NCBI RefSeq assembly: GCF_000737315.1
Contig: NZ_JMCB01000021.1
Span: 10,536-74,535 of the forward strand
DNA: 64,000 nucleotides
Direction: 5' to 3'
Origin: Hyalangium minutum
Lineage (GTDB): Bacteria > Myxococcota > Myxococcia > Myxococcales > Myxococcaceae
Shown here: piece by piece, positions 39,616 through 49,100 of the stretch
Position numbering within the stretch: the first letter of the stretch is position 1
How the letters are laid out: each line of letters starts with the position of its first letter
Program-made: the position numbers and the translations under genes
The notes under the pieces: model-generated
What the model was told of the DNA's origin: nothing
Seen by the model: the letters and a program-made list of their open reading frames with translations, nothing else
The model's database searches: none

Positions 39616-40494
39616 ATGTCGAGGAAGCGGATAGGCGAGATTCTCCTGGAGCGGGGCGCGATCACGACGGCCCAGCTCGATGCGGGGCTCAAGGCGCAGC
39701 GGCAGACCCAGCAGCGGTTGGGGGCGACGCTGGTGAGCATGGGTGCGATCACGGAGCCCATGCTGGTGCAGGCGCTCAGTGAGGCCCTGGAGATCCCCGT
39801 GGTGGATCTGCGGACGGTGACGGTGGACTGGGCGGCGGTGCACCTGGTGCGCGCGCGGTTCTGCGAGAAGCACGAGGTGTTCCCCTATGTCATGGAGAGC
39901 GTAGGAGGCCGCCGGCAGCTGGTGGTGGCCATGACGGACCCGCTCAACCAGTCGGCCATCGAGGAGATCGAGTTCACCACCGGACTGAAGGTGAGCCCGC
40001 GCGTGGCGGCGCTGTCCGGGGTGCGCGGGGCGATCATGCGCTACTACCACAAGACCACTCCGGGGGCGGCGGCCAGCCCAGCCCGGTCCACGCCTTCCGC
40101 GCTCCCGAGTGCGGCCCGTGGCACCGGTCAGCGCCCCGCAGTTTCGGCTCCCCCTCCTCGCGCGGGGGATGACGACGACGAAGAGGTCATCGTCGGCGAG
40201 GAGGTGGGACCAGGCGAGAAGACGGAACGCACCTCCCTGGCAGAGCTGATCCAGCAGCGCGAGAAGCAGCGGCGCCAGAAGCGGGGCCAGGGCGAGAGCA
40301 AGGGCAAGAGCCGCCCGGCGGGCAACTCGGACGTGCTGGATGACCTGGACTCCCTGCTCGGCGGCCTGCGCGAGGAGCCGGACCGGGTGGAGGAGCTGGA
40401 GCGCAAGTTCTGGGCGCTCATGCGCATCATGGCGCGCAAGGGCCTGCTCACGAAGGAGGAGTTCACCCGCGAGCTGGACGACGACAAGGCGTGA
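39616..40494 (+). CDS. MshEN / GspE N-terminal domain protein without an ATPase domain
   Basis: Tandem RIGEILLERGAIT..QL..GL..Q / RLGATLVSMGAIT motif; VAMTDPLN; acidic linker and C-terminal helices. Confidence 0.85.
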   Translation: MSRKRIGEILLERGAITTAQLDAGLKAQRQTQQRLGATLVSMGAITEPMLVQALSEALEIPVVDLRTVTVDWAAVHLVRARFCEKHEVFPYVMESVGGRRQLVVAMTDPLNQSAIEEIEFTTGLKVSPRVAALSGVRGAIMRYYHKTTPGAAASPARSTPSALPSAARGTGQRPAVSAPPPRAGDDDDEEVIVGEEVGPGEKTERTSLAELIQQREKQRRQKRGQGESKGKSRPAGNSDVLDDLDSLLGGLREEPDRVEELERKFWALMRIMARKGLLTKEEFTRELDDDKA

Positions 40495-40515
40495 GGCTCT
40501 CCCTCACTCCCTGGA

Positions 40516-42447
40516 TCAGCGGCCCCCCGTGCCAGCCAGGGGCAGCCGCAGGGTGAACGTGGTGCCCTGGCCGAGCGCGCTGTCCACGCTGATGCGGCCA
40601 CCGTGGCTCTCGACGATGCCCTGGACGATGGAGAGCCCCAGGCCCGTGCCTTTCCCCTCCTCCTTGGTGGTGAAGAAGGGATCGAAGATGCGCCGCAGGT
40701 TCTTCGGGTCGATGCCCGTGCCCGTGTCGCGCACCTCGGCCACGGCATCCTGGCCCTCGCGGCGGGTGGTGAGCGTCACCTGGCCGCCGGGGGACATGGC
40801 GTGGCACGCGTTGGTGATGAGGTTGACGAAGACCTGCGCCAGGTTGGCACGGACAGCGGAGATGGGCGGCAGCTCGGTGTACTCGCGGCGCACGCTCACC
40901 TTGGCCTGCGTCACCACGTGCTCGCAGTAGCCCACCGCCTGATCCAAGACGGCGGTGAGCAGCACCTTCTCCGGCTTGTCCTTGGCCGGGCGCGCGTAGG
41001 ACACGAGGTCCTTGGTGAAGCGGAGGATGCGCTGGCTGCTCTCCTGGATCTTCCGCAGCTTCTCCAGGTCCGCCGGGTTGGAGTCCGGGCGCAGCCGGGC
41101 GTTCATCAGCAGGGACTCGCTGTAGGCGGCCACCGCCGTCATGGGGTTGTTGATCTCGTGCACCACGCTGGCGGCGAGTTGGCCAATGGTGGCCAGCTTC
41201 TCCGCGTGGACGATGCGGCGCTCCAGCTCCCGGAGCACGGTGAGATCCTGCCCGATGGCGATGACGCCCTCCACCTCGCCCTGAGGCGTGAGCATGGTGG
41301 AGGTGGCGAAGGCCACACGCACCTCGCCGTTGCTCGAGCGCAACCGCGTCTCGAACGTGTTCGCCGACTCGCCCTGCATGGCCGCCGAGAAGATGGCGCC
41401 GACGCGCATGTGCTCGCTCTCAGGGATGAAGGAGAGCGCGTCCTTGCCCAGCACCTCGTCCTTGGTGAAGCCGGTGAGCGCGGTGAGGGCCCGGTTGAAG
41501 ACCACCACCCGCTTGTCCTGGTTGACCACCAGGATGAGGGCGTTGGCCTTCTCCAGCAGGTCCTCCAGGTACTTGCGCACGAACGTCAGCTCGTCGATGA
41601 GCTTCGCGTTGCGCACCGCCACGGCGACCTGGTTGGCCAGCTGCAAGAGCACCCGCTCGTCATGGGCCACATCCGCCTCGAGGCCCTCGGGGTACTCCAT
41701 GTTGATGGCGCCGACGAGCTGGCCGCTGGCGACCAGCGGAGCGCTCACGCCATGGGCGCAGCCCTGGAACAACAGCGGCACCTCGCGGCTCACCACCACG
41801 CGATCGGCGGGCAGCACCTTCACGTCCAGGTGCGTCTTCTTCACCGCGCTCTGCTTGAGGACCAGCGGCTCGTGCGCGCCCTCCTTGAGCCGCCCCTCGG
41901 CGTAGAGCGAGGTGAGACCGCCGGTGCGGGCGTCGACGATGCGGATGCAGAAGGCGCGAGAGGGGAAAAGCTCCTTTACGCCGCGCGCCACGGCCGCGAC
42001 GAGCTCCTCCTCGCCCCCGGCCTCCGCCACGCTGCGGCTGAGGTCCAGCAGCACACCCTCGGTGCGAGCCTGCTCCAGCAGGGCGCGCTCGGCCACCATG
42101 AGCCGGACGGGCTCGGGCTGGCCGCGCACCAGCACCGTGGAGCCCCGGCGCGTCAGCTTCACCCGGACCGGACGGGAGCCCTGGAGTGCCAGCTCGACCT
42201 CACAGGTGTCTCCCTCCTCGGGCACCCGGCTGCGGATCCGGGCCAGCGTCTCCAGCACGGCGGAGACCACCCCCTCGGGCGTGCTGGCGTGGGAGGTGCT
42301 GAAGCGCTCGAAGCAGGGGTTGGCCGTGAGCAGCTTCAGCGCCGGATCGCACAAGGCGAGGGGCTCATCGAGCAGCTCGAAGAGGTCCTGGTAGATCTCC
42401 GGCAACGCGCCGCCGGACATGCGCAGCACGCGGGAGTCACTCTTCAT
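40516..42447 (-). CDS. Sensor histidine kinase (PAS-like, GAF, PAS, HisKA, HATPase)
   Basis: VHEINNP, NACHA, DTGTGI, PFFTTK, GTGLGL; start overlaps the upstream gene by 11 nt. Confidence 0.93.
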   Translation of the reverse strand: MKSDSRVLRMSGGALPEIYQDLFELLDEPLALCDPALKLLTANPCFERFSTSHASTPEGVVSAVLETLARIRSRVPEEGDTCEVELALQGSRPVRVKLTRRGSTVLVRGQPEPVRLMVAERALLEQARTEGVLLDLSRSVAEAGGEEELVAAVARGVKELFPSRAFCIRIVDARTGGLTSLYAEGRLKEGAHEPLVLKQSAVKKTHLDVKVLPADRVVVSREVPLLFQGCAHGVSAPLVASGQLVGAINMEYPEGLEADVAHDERVLLQLANQVAVAVRNAKLIDELTFVRKYLEDLLEKANALILVVNQDKRVVVFNRALTALTGFTKDEVLGKDALSFIPESEHMRVGAIFSAAMQGESANTFETRLRSSNGEVRVAFATSTMLTPQGEVEGVIAIGQDLTVLRELERRIVHAEKLATIGQLAASVVHEINNPMTAVAAYSESLLMNARLRPDSNPADLEKLRKIQESSQRILRFTKDLVSYARPAKDKPEKVLLTAVLDQAVGYCEHVVTQAKVSVRREYTELPPISAVRANLAQVFVNLITNACHAMSPGGQVTLTTRREGQDAVAEVRDTGTGIDPKNLRRIFDPFFTTKEEGKGTGLGLSIVQGIVESHGGRISVDSALGQGTTFTLRLPLAGTGGR

Positions 42448-44410
42448 GGGAGGTGGCCTTGTCCAGGTCAAGGATGCGCTGCGTCCCGACGTATGCCTTG
42501 GTCTCGTAGCGGGTGATCTTTCCGATCTTCCGGACGATCTCCGCCATGCGCTCGGCTTCGCGGTAGATGATGTCCACGGGCCTATAGGCAAAGTCCTCGG
42601 GCTTGAGCCTGCGCTTGAGCAGCTCGGCGTAGCCCATCACCGAGGTGAGCGGCTGGTTGAGCTCGTGGGCGGCGGTGCCGGCCAGCGCGACGATGACGGC
42701 GCTCTTCTCACTCTCCTCCAGGCGCGTCTCCACGTCCGACAGCTTGCGCTCCAGCTGCATGCGGTCGCGGAGGTCCGTGAAGATGCCCACGGTGGCCACC
42801 TCGCGGCCGCCCTCGTAGAGGATGGAGGCCGTCATGTTCACCGGGACGAGCTCGCCCGAGCGGTTGATCAGATCCTGGCGGCACATGGAGAGCCGGCCGC
42901 GACCGCCAAAGTCCGGGCTGCGCAGCTGGGCCATGATGCGCTCGGGAACGCCCTTGGGGTAGATCTGCCGGGTGGTCATCCCCGCGAGGACCTCGTGGGA
43001 GGAGTAGCCGAGCACGGCCTCGGCGCCCTTGTTGAAGAGGATGACGCGGCCCTGCATGTCCGCCGCGATGATGGCGTCCACCGACGAGTCGATGAGCCGC
43101 TCCAGGAAGTCCTTGGTGTGGCGCAGCTCGTCGGCCAGCTTGCGCGCGAGCGTCACGTCGCGGAACGAGAGGATGGTGGCGGCGCTGCCGTCCTTCAGCG
43201 GCGCTGCCGCCATGGAGAGCGTCAGGTACCTGCCGCTCAGGGTCTGCACCTGCACGTCCAGGTTGGAGCGCGTCTCTCCGCGGCTGGCGGCGCTGACCAT
43301 CTCCATCAGCACTCCGTCATCCACCGTCTGGGCGAGTTGGAGCAGGTGGCGCCCGCGGGCCTGCTCGGCCGAGGTGTCCAGCAAGGACTCGGCGGCGGGG
43401 TTGAGGCTGAGCACGCTCGCCTTGTCGTCGAGGATGGCCACGCCATCGCCCACATTGGCGAAGAAGAGGCGGTAGGTGCGCAGCGCGGCGGCCTGCTCCT
43501 CGGCGGCGATGCGCGCGGACTTCTCACGCTCCGTCTGTCCGCGCACGGTCTCGAGCACCGAGGCGTTGCGCAGCGCAATGGCGGTGGCGTGCGACACGGT
43601 GGTGAGGAAGTCGATTTCACGGGCGGCGAAGGTGCGCCGGCGGCCCGAGGCCCGGAGCAGGAGCACACCACGCACCTGGCCGCGGATGGGCAGGGGCAGC
43701 GCGGCGATGGCGTGGATGCCCTGGGCGGCCACGGCGCTGTGCACGCCCTCCAGCAGGGGATGGTTGGGGGCGTTCTCCACCACCACGGGGCGGGCGGTGC
43801 GGACCACCTCGCGGATCTCCGGATAGCGCGCCAGCTCGATGCGCCGGTCCTTCAGTGCCGGATCATCGCTGGAGGCGACGATGACCCCCTCCTGCGAGTC
43901 CGGATCCAACATCACCAGCGAGGCGCGGGAGATGTCCATCTGGAGGGCCAGGCGGCGCGTCACGTCGTGGAGCAGGGCCTCCACGTCGAGGCTCTCGGCG
44001 TAGTCGGCTGTCAGCTCGAGGAGGAGTGAGAGGTCCTTCTGAAGCTGGGACTGCTCCTCACGCTCCCGGTAGCGCTCTGCCAGGCGCTGGAGGCGGTAGG
44101 CGAGCTCATGGGGCACGGCGCTGGTGATGACATCCGCGGGCTTGAGCGGCTCCAGGGAGGCGAAGGCGTCCTCACCGGGGTCCACCAGGGCCAGCAGCAG
44201 GGCGCGGGAGGACTCACCCGTATCGAGCAGGGCAGCGAGCGCCGGGCCGCTGCCTGCGGCGGTGAGGTCCACGAGGATGACGGCGGCCCCCTTGGGCTGC
44301 TCGGCCACCCGCAGCCCTACTCGGGCGGCGGCACGGACGAGGGGCTCACGGGCGGAGGAGTCCGCGGGAACCAAGGCGACGGAGAGGGCGGTTTCTGGGG
44401 GCGACACCAA
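42437..44410 (-). CDS. Sensor protein (REC-like, GAF, 2x PAS, HisKA) lacking HATPase
   Basis: AAHELNQP H-box, then only about 60 aa to the stop; no N/G1/F/G2 boxes. Confidence 0.85.
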   Translation of the reverse strand: MVSPPETALSVALVPADSSAREPLVRAAARVGLRVAEQPKGAAVILVDLTAAGSGPALAALLDTGESSRALLLALVDPGEDAFASLEPLKPADVITSAVPHELAYRLQRLAERYREREEQSQLQKDLSLLLELTADYAESLDVEALLHDVTRRLALQMDISRASLVMLDPDSQEGVIVASSDDPALKDRRIELARYPEIREVVRTARPVVVENAPNHPLLEGVHSAVAAQGIHAIAALPLPIRGQVRGVLLLRASGRRRTFAAREIDFLTTVSHATAIALRNASVLETVRGQTEREKSARIAAEEQAAALRTYRLFFANVGDGVAILDDKASVLSLNPAAESLLDTSAEQARGRHLLQLAQTVDDGVLMEMVSAASRGETRSNLDVQVQTLSGRYLTLSMAAAPLKDGSAATILSFRDVTLARKLADELRHTKDFLERLIDSSVDAIIAADMQGRVILFNKGAEAVLGYSSHEVLAGMTTRQIYPKGVPERIMAQLRSPDFGGRGRLSMCRQDLINRSGELVPVNMTASILYEGGREVATVGIFTDLRDRMQLERKLSDVETRLEESEKSAVIVALAGTAAHELNQPLTSVMGYAELLKRRLKPEDFAYRPVDIIYREAERMAEIVRKIGKITRYETKAYVGTQRILDLDKATSHEE

Positions 44411-44644
44411 GGAGCGGGCTCCAGGAGGCGGGCTCGGAAGCCCGAGTCTACACGCGGCGGTGCCTCAGGGGCAGCCCGACGCCCCAGGGAGGCCAAGCCG
44501 CCAGGGCAAGCTGGCGGATCAGCCCGTTCCGTGGAAAAGGGCGGCTGGGGTAGAAGCGCCGTACAGGAAAATGGATGCGCCCCGCGTAGTCATGTGTAAG
44601 AGCAAGGGTTCGCGTGCGTCGTGCCCGCAGCACCAGGAGTCTTC

Positions 44645-45043
44645 GTGGAGATCTTCAAGGAGTTCACCTTCGAGGCCGCCCACCGGCTGCCCCATGTCCC
44701 GGCCGGCCACAAGTGCAGCCGCTTGCATGGTCACAGCTATCGCGTGGAGCTCCACGTGCGAGGGCCCGTGGGTGCGCACTCCGGCTGGATCATGGACTTC
44801 TCGGACATCAAGGAGGCCTTCGCGCCGCTGCATGCCCGGCTCGACCACTACTACCTGAACGAGGTGGAGGGGCTGGAGAACCCGACGAGCGAGAACCTGG
44901 CGCGGTGGCTCTGGCAGCGGCTGCGCCCCGCCCTGCCGCAGCTGAGCCGCGTGGTGGTGCGCGAGACGTGCACCAGCGGCTGCATCTACGCGGGTGAGGA
45001 CGAGCCCGGCTCTCCCGGCGCGGCGGCCTCCTCCGGCGGGTAG
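44645..45043 (+). CDS. queD: 6-carboxytetrahydropterin synthase
   Basis: [37 protein letters not shown]; GTG start with CAGGAG SD. Confidence 0.92.
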   Translation: MEIFKEFTFEAAHRLPHVPAGHKCSRLHGHSYRVELHVRGPVGAHSGWIMDFSDIKEAFAPLHARLDHYYLNEVEGLENPTSENLARWLWQRLRPALPQLSRVVVRETCTSGCIYAGEDEPGSPGAAASSGG

Positions 45044-45822
45044 TAGGAGCGGCCCTCCTGCGGCTGGAGCGCCTCGGTGGGGACGGCGGTCTCCACCTCA
45101 TCCGAGGGAATGAAGCGAGGACGGTCCACGCAGAGGACAGTCTGCATGCCGGGGCTCGGGTTGTCGTAGCGGTGTGCGAAGCCTCGCGGCCAGCGGAAGG
45201 CCATACCCCGCGCCACGGGCTTGCCCTGCAGTTGGAGACCCGCGCCCAGCACCAGCTCGCTCTCCTCCATCATCTGGTGGACGTGAGGGGAGATGGAGCC
45301 ACCGGGCCGGATGCACAGGCGGTAGATACCGTAACCCTCGCTCTCCTGGATGATTTCCACACGGCCGAAGGGCTTGTCCTCCACCGTGTAGTGCATCTCG
45401 TCCGCGGTGCGGTGCACCTGCAGAGAGGGAATCGCCCGCCCACCGAGCGCCTGAGGCTTGGTGACGCGCACGGTGGCCGCGTGGACCTGAGCCCGGTGCG
45501 AGTCTTCGGTCGGAGGTGCCAGCAAATAGCGGCACACGGCCTCGGTGGCGGACTCCAGCAACTCGAAGCGGCAGGACTCGAGCAGGAAGCGCAGCTCTCC
45601 CTCGAGGCGCCCGTAGTGGACGGTACGGGCCAGCTTGCCGCCATGGGCCGCCTCGCGCGTGTCGAGGAAGAGGGCTACGTCCAACTGTAGGGGCTGAACC
45701 ACCACCCGCTCGCGGCGGTAGACCCCCACGATGCAGTCCACCGTGAGGCCTCGCACCTCGATGACGTCCAAGGGGCGGCCCCGTACATCCGTGACCGAAG
45801 GCCATCGCAGAGGCTCGCTCAC
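44986..45822 (-). CDS. folB: Dihydroneopterin aldolase fused to a cupin-like domain
   Basis: [33 protein letters not shown]; C-terminal [12 protein letters not shown]...AHRYDN. Confidence 0.8.
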   Translation of the reverse strand: MSEPLRWPSVTDVRGRPLDVIEVRGLTVDCIVGVYRRERVVVQPLQLDVALFLDTREAAHGGKLARTVHYGRLEGELRFLLESCRFELLESATEAVCRYLLAPPTEDSHRAQVHAATVRVTKPQALGGRAIPSLQVHRTADEMHYTVEDKPFGRVEIIQESEGYGIYRLCIRPGGSISPHVHQMMEESELVLGAGLQLQGKPVARGMAFRWPRGFAHRYDNPSPGMQTVLCVDRPRFIPSDEVETAVPTEALQPQEGRSYYPPEEAAAPGEPGSSSPA

Positions 45823-46544
45823 AGCTGCGCGCTCCTTCCTCCATCCACCGCCACCACCTGACCGGTGATGTAGGGCGCCTCGCGGGCGAGGAACACCACC
45901 ACGCGGGCGATGTCCTCCACGCTGCCCTCGCGGCCCATGGGGACGCGTTGGAGGAACTCCTCGCGAGCGGCGGCGTCATAGTGCTCGGGGAAGGCCACCA
46001 CGCCTGGGGACACCGCGTTGATGCGCACGTGCGGGGCCAGCTCCACGGCCAACGCCCGCGTGAGCATGAGCAGCGCCGCCTTGCTCACCGAGTAGTGCGC
46101 GTAGTGGCTCACCGCGCGCTCTCCGCCAATGTCCGTGACATGCACCACCAGCGGCTGCGGAGCAGCGCGCAGGCTCGGCAGCAGGGCCTGGGTGAGGAAG
46201 AAGGGCGCGTCCACGTTCACCGCGAGCATCGTCCGGTACTGCTCGCGGGTAATGGCCTCGAAGGCCACGCGCTCGTACAGGCCCGCATTGTGGACCACCA
46301 CATCGAGCACCGGGTGGGCCTCGCGGAGCTGGGCTCCCAGCGCGTCCACGCCGCGCGGGTCGGAGAGATCCGCCGAGTAGAGCGACACCTTCCGGCCGAG
46401 GGCTTGAAGCTCCGAGGCCAGGGCCTCCAGGGGCTTCAGCGAGCGATGGGCATGCAGCGCCAGATCATAGCCGGCCTGCCCGAGGGCCCGCGCGACGGCG
46501 CTGCCAATGCGAACCCCTGCTCCAGAAACAAAAGCGGTCGCCAT
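45819..46544 (-). CDS. Pteridine reductase (FolM/PTR-like SDR)
   Basis: SGAGVRIG, VTD, YSVSK, INAVSPG, VDGGRS; ATGA overlap with folB. Confidence 0.85.
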   Translation of the reverse strand: MATAFVSGAGVRIGSAVARALGQAGYDLALHAHRSLKPLEALASELQALGRKVSLYSADLSDPRGVDALGAQLREAHPVLDVVVHNAGLYERVAFEAITREQYRTMLAVNVDAPFFLTQALLPSLRAAPQPLVVHVTDIGGERAVSHYAHYSVSKAALLMLTRALAVELAPHVRINAVSPGVVAFPEHYDAAAREEFLQRVPMGREGSVEDIARVVVFLAREAPYITGQVVAVDGGRSAQL

Positions 46545-46604
46545 GCCAGGTGATCCCTAGCAGGGCGCCGCTCAAAAGACACTTGGGAGTGTAACTCACC
46601 GGTC

Positions 46605-46629
46605 CGCCGGGAGACGAAGGCTCCCGGCG
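46605..46629 (-). terminator. Hairpin just downstream of the 46640-47140 gene
   Basis: 9-bp stem CGCCGGGAG / CTCCCGGCG with a 7-nt loop; no strong U tract. Confidence 0.5.
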
Positions 46630-46639
46630 TCACCGCGGA

Positions 46640-47140
46640 CTACTGGTAGTAGTAGTTCACCGGGGTGCCCCACTCGGGGCCAGTGCCGCGGTTCCAGTGG
46701 TGGGGGACCCACACCCACTGCTCCGCCACCTGGTAGTAACCCTCGACCCAGCGCTGATCGTAGTAGCCGCCGCGGCACTGCGTCGTTCCCCGGCGCGGCT
46801 TGTAGTGGCAATCCTGCGGCACCCACACCTGCTCGTAGCGGCCGGGCACCCACTGCTGCACCTGCCTCAGTTCATACCGGCCCTGCTGGTTCTGCGGAGA
46901 CGTCGGCTGCGCGCCGTGGCGGCAGGCGCTGCTGTGCACGTGGCCATAGACGGGGCGGCCATACTGGCGGTCTTGGTCGTTCCAGCGGTCATCCCGGCGG
47001 TCATCCCGGCGATGGCCGCCGCGGAAGCCCTGGTCATCCCTGTGGTGCTGGGCTTGAAACTGGTTGTCGTCCGCCATCGCCGAGGTGCTGAGGAGCAGCG
47101 CGCCGAGAGCCAGGGAGAAGATGCCGGTCTTGAGGGCCAT
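46640..47140 (-). CDS. Secreted protein with Trp-rich (YXWGXW-like) repeats
   Basis: Signal peptide; RDD repeats; WVPGRYEQVWVP, WVEGYY, WVWVPHHW. Confidence 0.75.
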   Translation of the reverse strand: MALKTGIFSLALGALLLSTSAMADDNQFQAQHHRDDQGFRGGHRRDDRRDDRWNDQDRQYGRPVYGHVHSSACRHGAQPTSPQNQQGRYELRQVQQWVPGRYEQVWVPQDCHYKPRRGTTQCRGGYYDQRWVEGYYQVAEQWVWVPHHWNRGTGPEWGTPVNYYYQ

Positions 47141-47326
47141 TTTCGATTTCCTCCGTCGTATCGCCTTGTGCCCCTTCTGACGGAGGCCCCCCCGAAGTAT
47201 TCAACCCCACCCAACCGGCCGGGCCCCAGACGCACGAACGCCGCGGGCGGGGGCTCCCACCCACGGCGTCTTGCTGGCGGAGAAGACACCCGGGCCCCAC
47301 AGGGCCGGGCTCACCCGCATGCCCAC

Positions 47327-47731
47327 TCAGAAGTTGGAGTACGCCGAGCCGTTGTAGATGGACAGGCTGTAGCAGGCGCCGTTGGCGTCCCAGTTGATGT
47401 AGAAACGCCCCTGGTTCGCGAGCGCCGAGCTCCACAAGGCCGACACCGCCGCGTCCGGAGTGCAGCTATAGGTGCTGGGGGCAGTCGCGCCGGACACTGT
47501 GTAGCGCGCGTAGAAGCCGCGGCCGCCGGAGTCGTTCTCCCAGAAGTACGTGTAGGCCGTGCTCTGGGCATGCGCGCGCCAGCCGCGGAGGTTGCCGTAG
47601 CAGTAGCCCGAGCCGTCCGTGTACTGGTAGCAGTACCCGCTGTTGTAGCTGTAGCCAGCGCTCGCCACCGAAGCAACACCGAGAGCAGCCAGGGACACCA
47701 CGGGGGCCAGCTTCTTCATGAACCGGTTCAT
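47327..47731 (-). CDS. Secreted 134-aa Tyr/Gly/Ser-rich protein with 4 Cys (paralog A1)
   Basis: Signal peptide ending ASA; CAGGAG SD; gapless paralog of 48484-48888. Confidence 0.85.
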   Translation of the reverse strand: MNRFMKKLAPVVSLAALGVASVASAGYSYNSGYCYQYTDGSGYCYGNLRGWRAHAQSTAYTYFWENDSGGRGFYARYTVSGATAPSTYSCTPDAAVSALWSSALANQGRFYINWDANGACYSLSIYNGSAYSNF

Positions 47732-47891
47732 TGCCATTCTCCTGCGGGTGAGCGGGCTTGCCGCCTCACCCCATTCATCGAGGGGTTGATGGAACTGCTG
47801 TGTCACCTGAACCACCAGGAGCGCGACGTCCGTCTCCCGGCGTGAAACCTTCGGGCGGGATTACCTCCGCCCGTCCGGCGCCTCCGAGTCA

Positions 47892-48473
47892 CTACGGCAG
47901 ACCCTCGGGGCTCTCGGGGGGAACCAGCTGGTTCTTGTTGATGGCAACCATGATGCGCCGCCGCACCTCGTCCGCCTCCGCGCGAGACCGCAGCTGAGCC
48001 AGCTCTCGCCGGATCTCCTGCGAGTCCTCCATCGTCAGCTTCCCCGTGGCCAGCACCCGGTCCACCAAGCTGTTGGCTCGCGCCAGGGCCTGCTGCTGCT
48101 CCGGCTTGAGGGGTGGCGGTGCCGGGGGCGCCTGAGGCTCACGCTGGGAGGAATCGGAGGACTCGAAGGCTCCGGACTGCTGGAGCTGCGTCACCATCCG
48201 CGCGGCGATGGCGTCGAGATCCGCCGGAGCCAGCCGGGCCTCTCCGGACTGGATGGCCGGAGGAAGGCCTGCCGCCACCCCGCCCTGAACCGGCATGGGG
48301 GCCGGGGGCCGGGCCATGACGGCCTTGCGCAGCGAGGACAGCTCCTCGGCCACCTGCTCCAGACGCTGCTTCTGGGCCTCCTGACCATGGCTCACGGCGA
48401 GGTAGCTCCCCACGCCGCTGCCCACGGCCAGCGCCAGCCCCAGCATCCATCCACGAAGAGAAGAGGCGGACAT
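47892..48473 (-). CDS. Membrane-anchored coiled-coil hypothetical protein
   Basis: N-terminal TM, coiled coil, Pro-rich linker, helical C-terminus; 10 nt after the A2 stop. Confidence 0.75.
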   Translation of the reverse strand: MSASSLRGWMLGLALAVGSGVGSYLAVSHGQEAQKQRLEQVAEELSSLRKAVMARPPAPMPVQGGVAAGLPPAIQSGEARLAPADLDAIAARMVTQLQQSGAFESSDSSQREPQAPPAPPPLKPEQQQALARANSLVDRVLATGKLTMEDSQEIRRELAQLRSRAEADEVRRRIMVAINKNQLVPPESPEGLP

Positions 48474-48483
48474 GGCGCTCGGC

Positions 48484-48888
48484 TCAGAAGTTGGAGTACT
48501 GGGAGCCGTTGTTCAGGTACAGATAGGTGCAGGTGCCGGTCGCGTCCCACTGGATGTTGAAGTAGCCCGAGAGTGTGAGCGCCTTGCTCCAGAGCGCCCC
48601 GGTGGCGGCGTCCGGCGTGCAGCTCCCCGTGGTGGTCACGCCCGTCGAGGTATTGGTGTACGCGCCGTAGAAGCTCTTGCTACCGCTGTCGTGCCGGTAG
48701 AAGTACGCCTGGGTGCTGCTGCCCGCGTGGTTCTGGAATCCAAGGAAAGAGCCGTAGCAGCCACCCGAACCATCCGTGTTCTTGTAGCAGTACGCCGACT
48801 CCGAGGTGTAACCGGCATATGCCAGCGAAGCCCCACCCAGAACGGCAACGGACAGCACCGGGACCATCTTCTTCGCGAAACGGGTCAT
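48484..48888 (-). CDS. Secreted 134-aa Tyr/Gly/Ser-rich protein with 4 Cys (paralog A2)
   Basis: Signal peptide ending AYA; about 72/134 identical to A1 by hand alignment. Confidence 0.85.
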   Translation of the reverse strand: MTRFAKKMVPVLSVAVLGGASLAYAGYTSESAYCYKNTDGSGGCYGSFLGFQNHAGSSTQAYFYRHDSGSKSFYGAYTNTSTGVTTTGSCTPDAATGALWSKALTLSGYFNIQWDATGTCTYLYLNNGSQYSNF

Positions 48889-49100
48889 TACACGTTCTCC
48901 TGGCTTAAGCGGACCAATCGGTTTTTCCTCCGAAGCCCGATGAACAGGATAAGTACAGAAATCGCTCTATCCTTGAAATTAGGGAGAACCCTCAAAACAA
49001 GTTTTGCCCGCATTCCGCCCAAGCCCTGGCAGGTACCAATGCCACTGAGTTGCAAGAGGAGAGAGCCTGTCGGGAATCCGCTACGGGAAAACCCTAGAAC

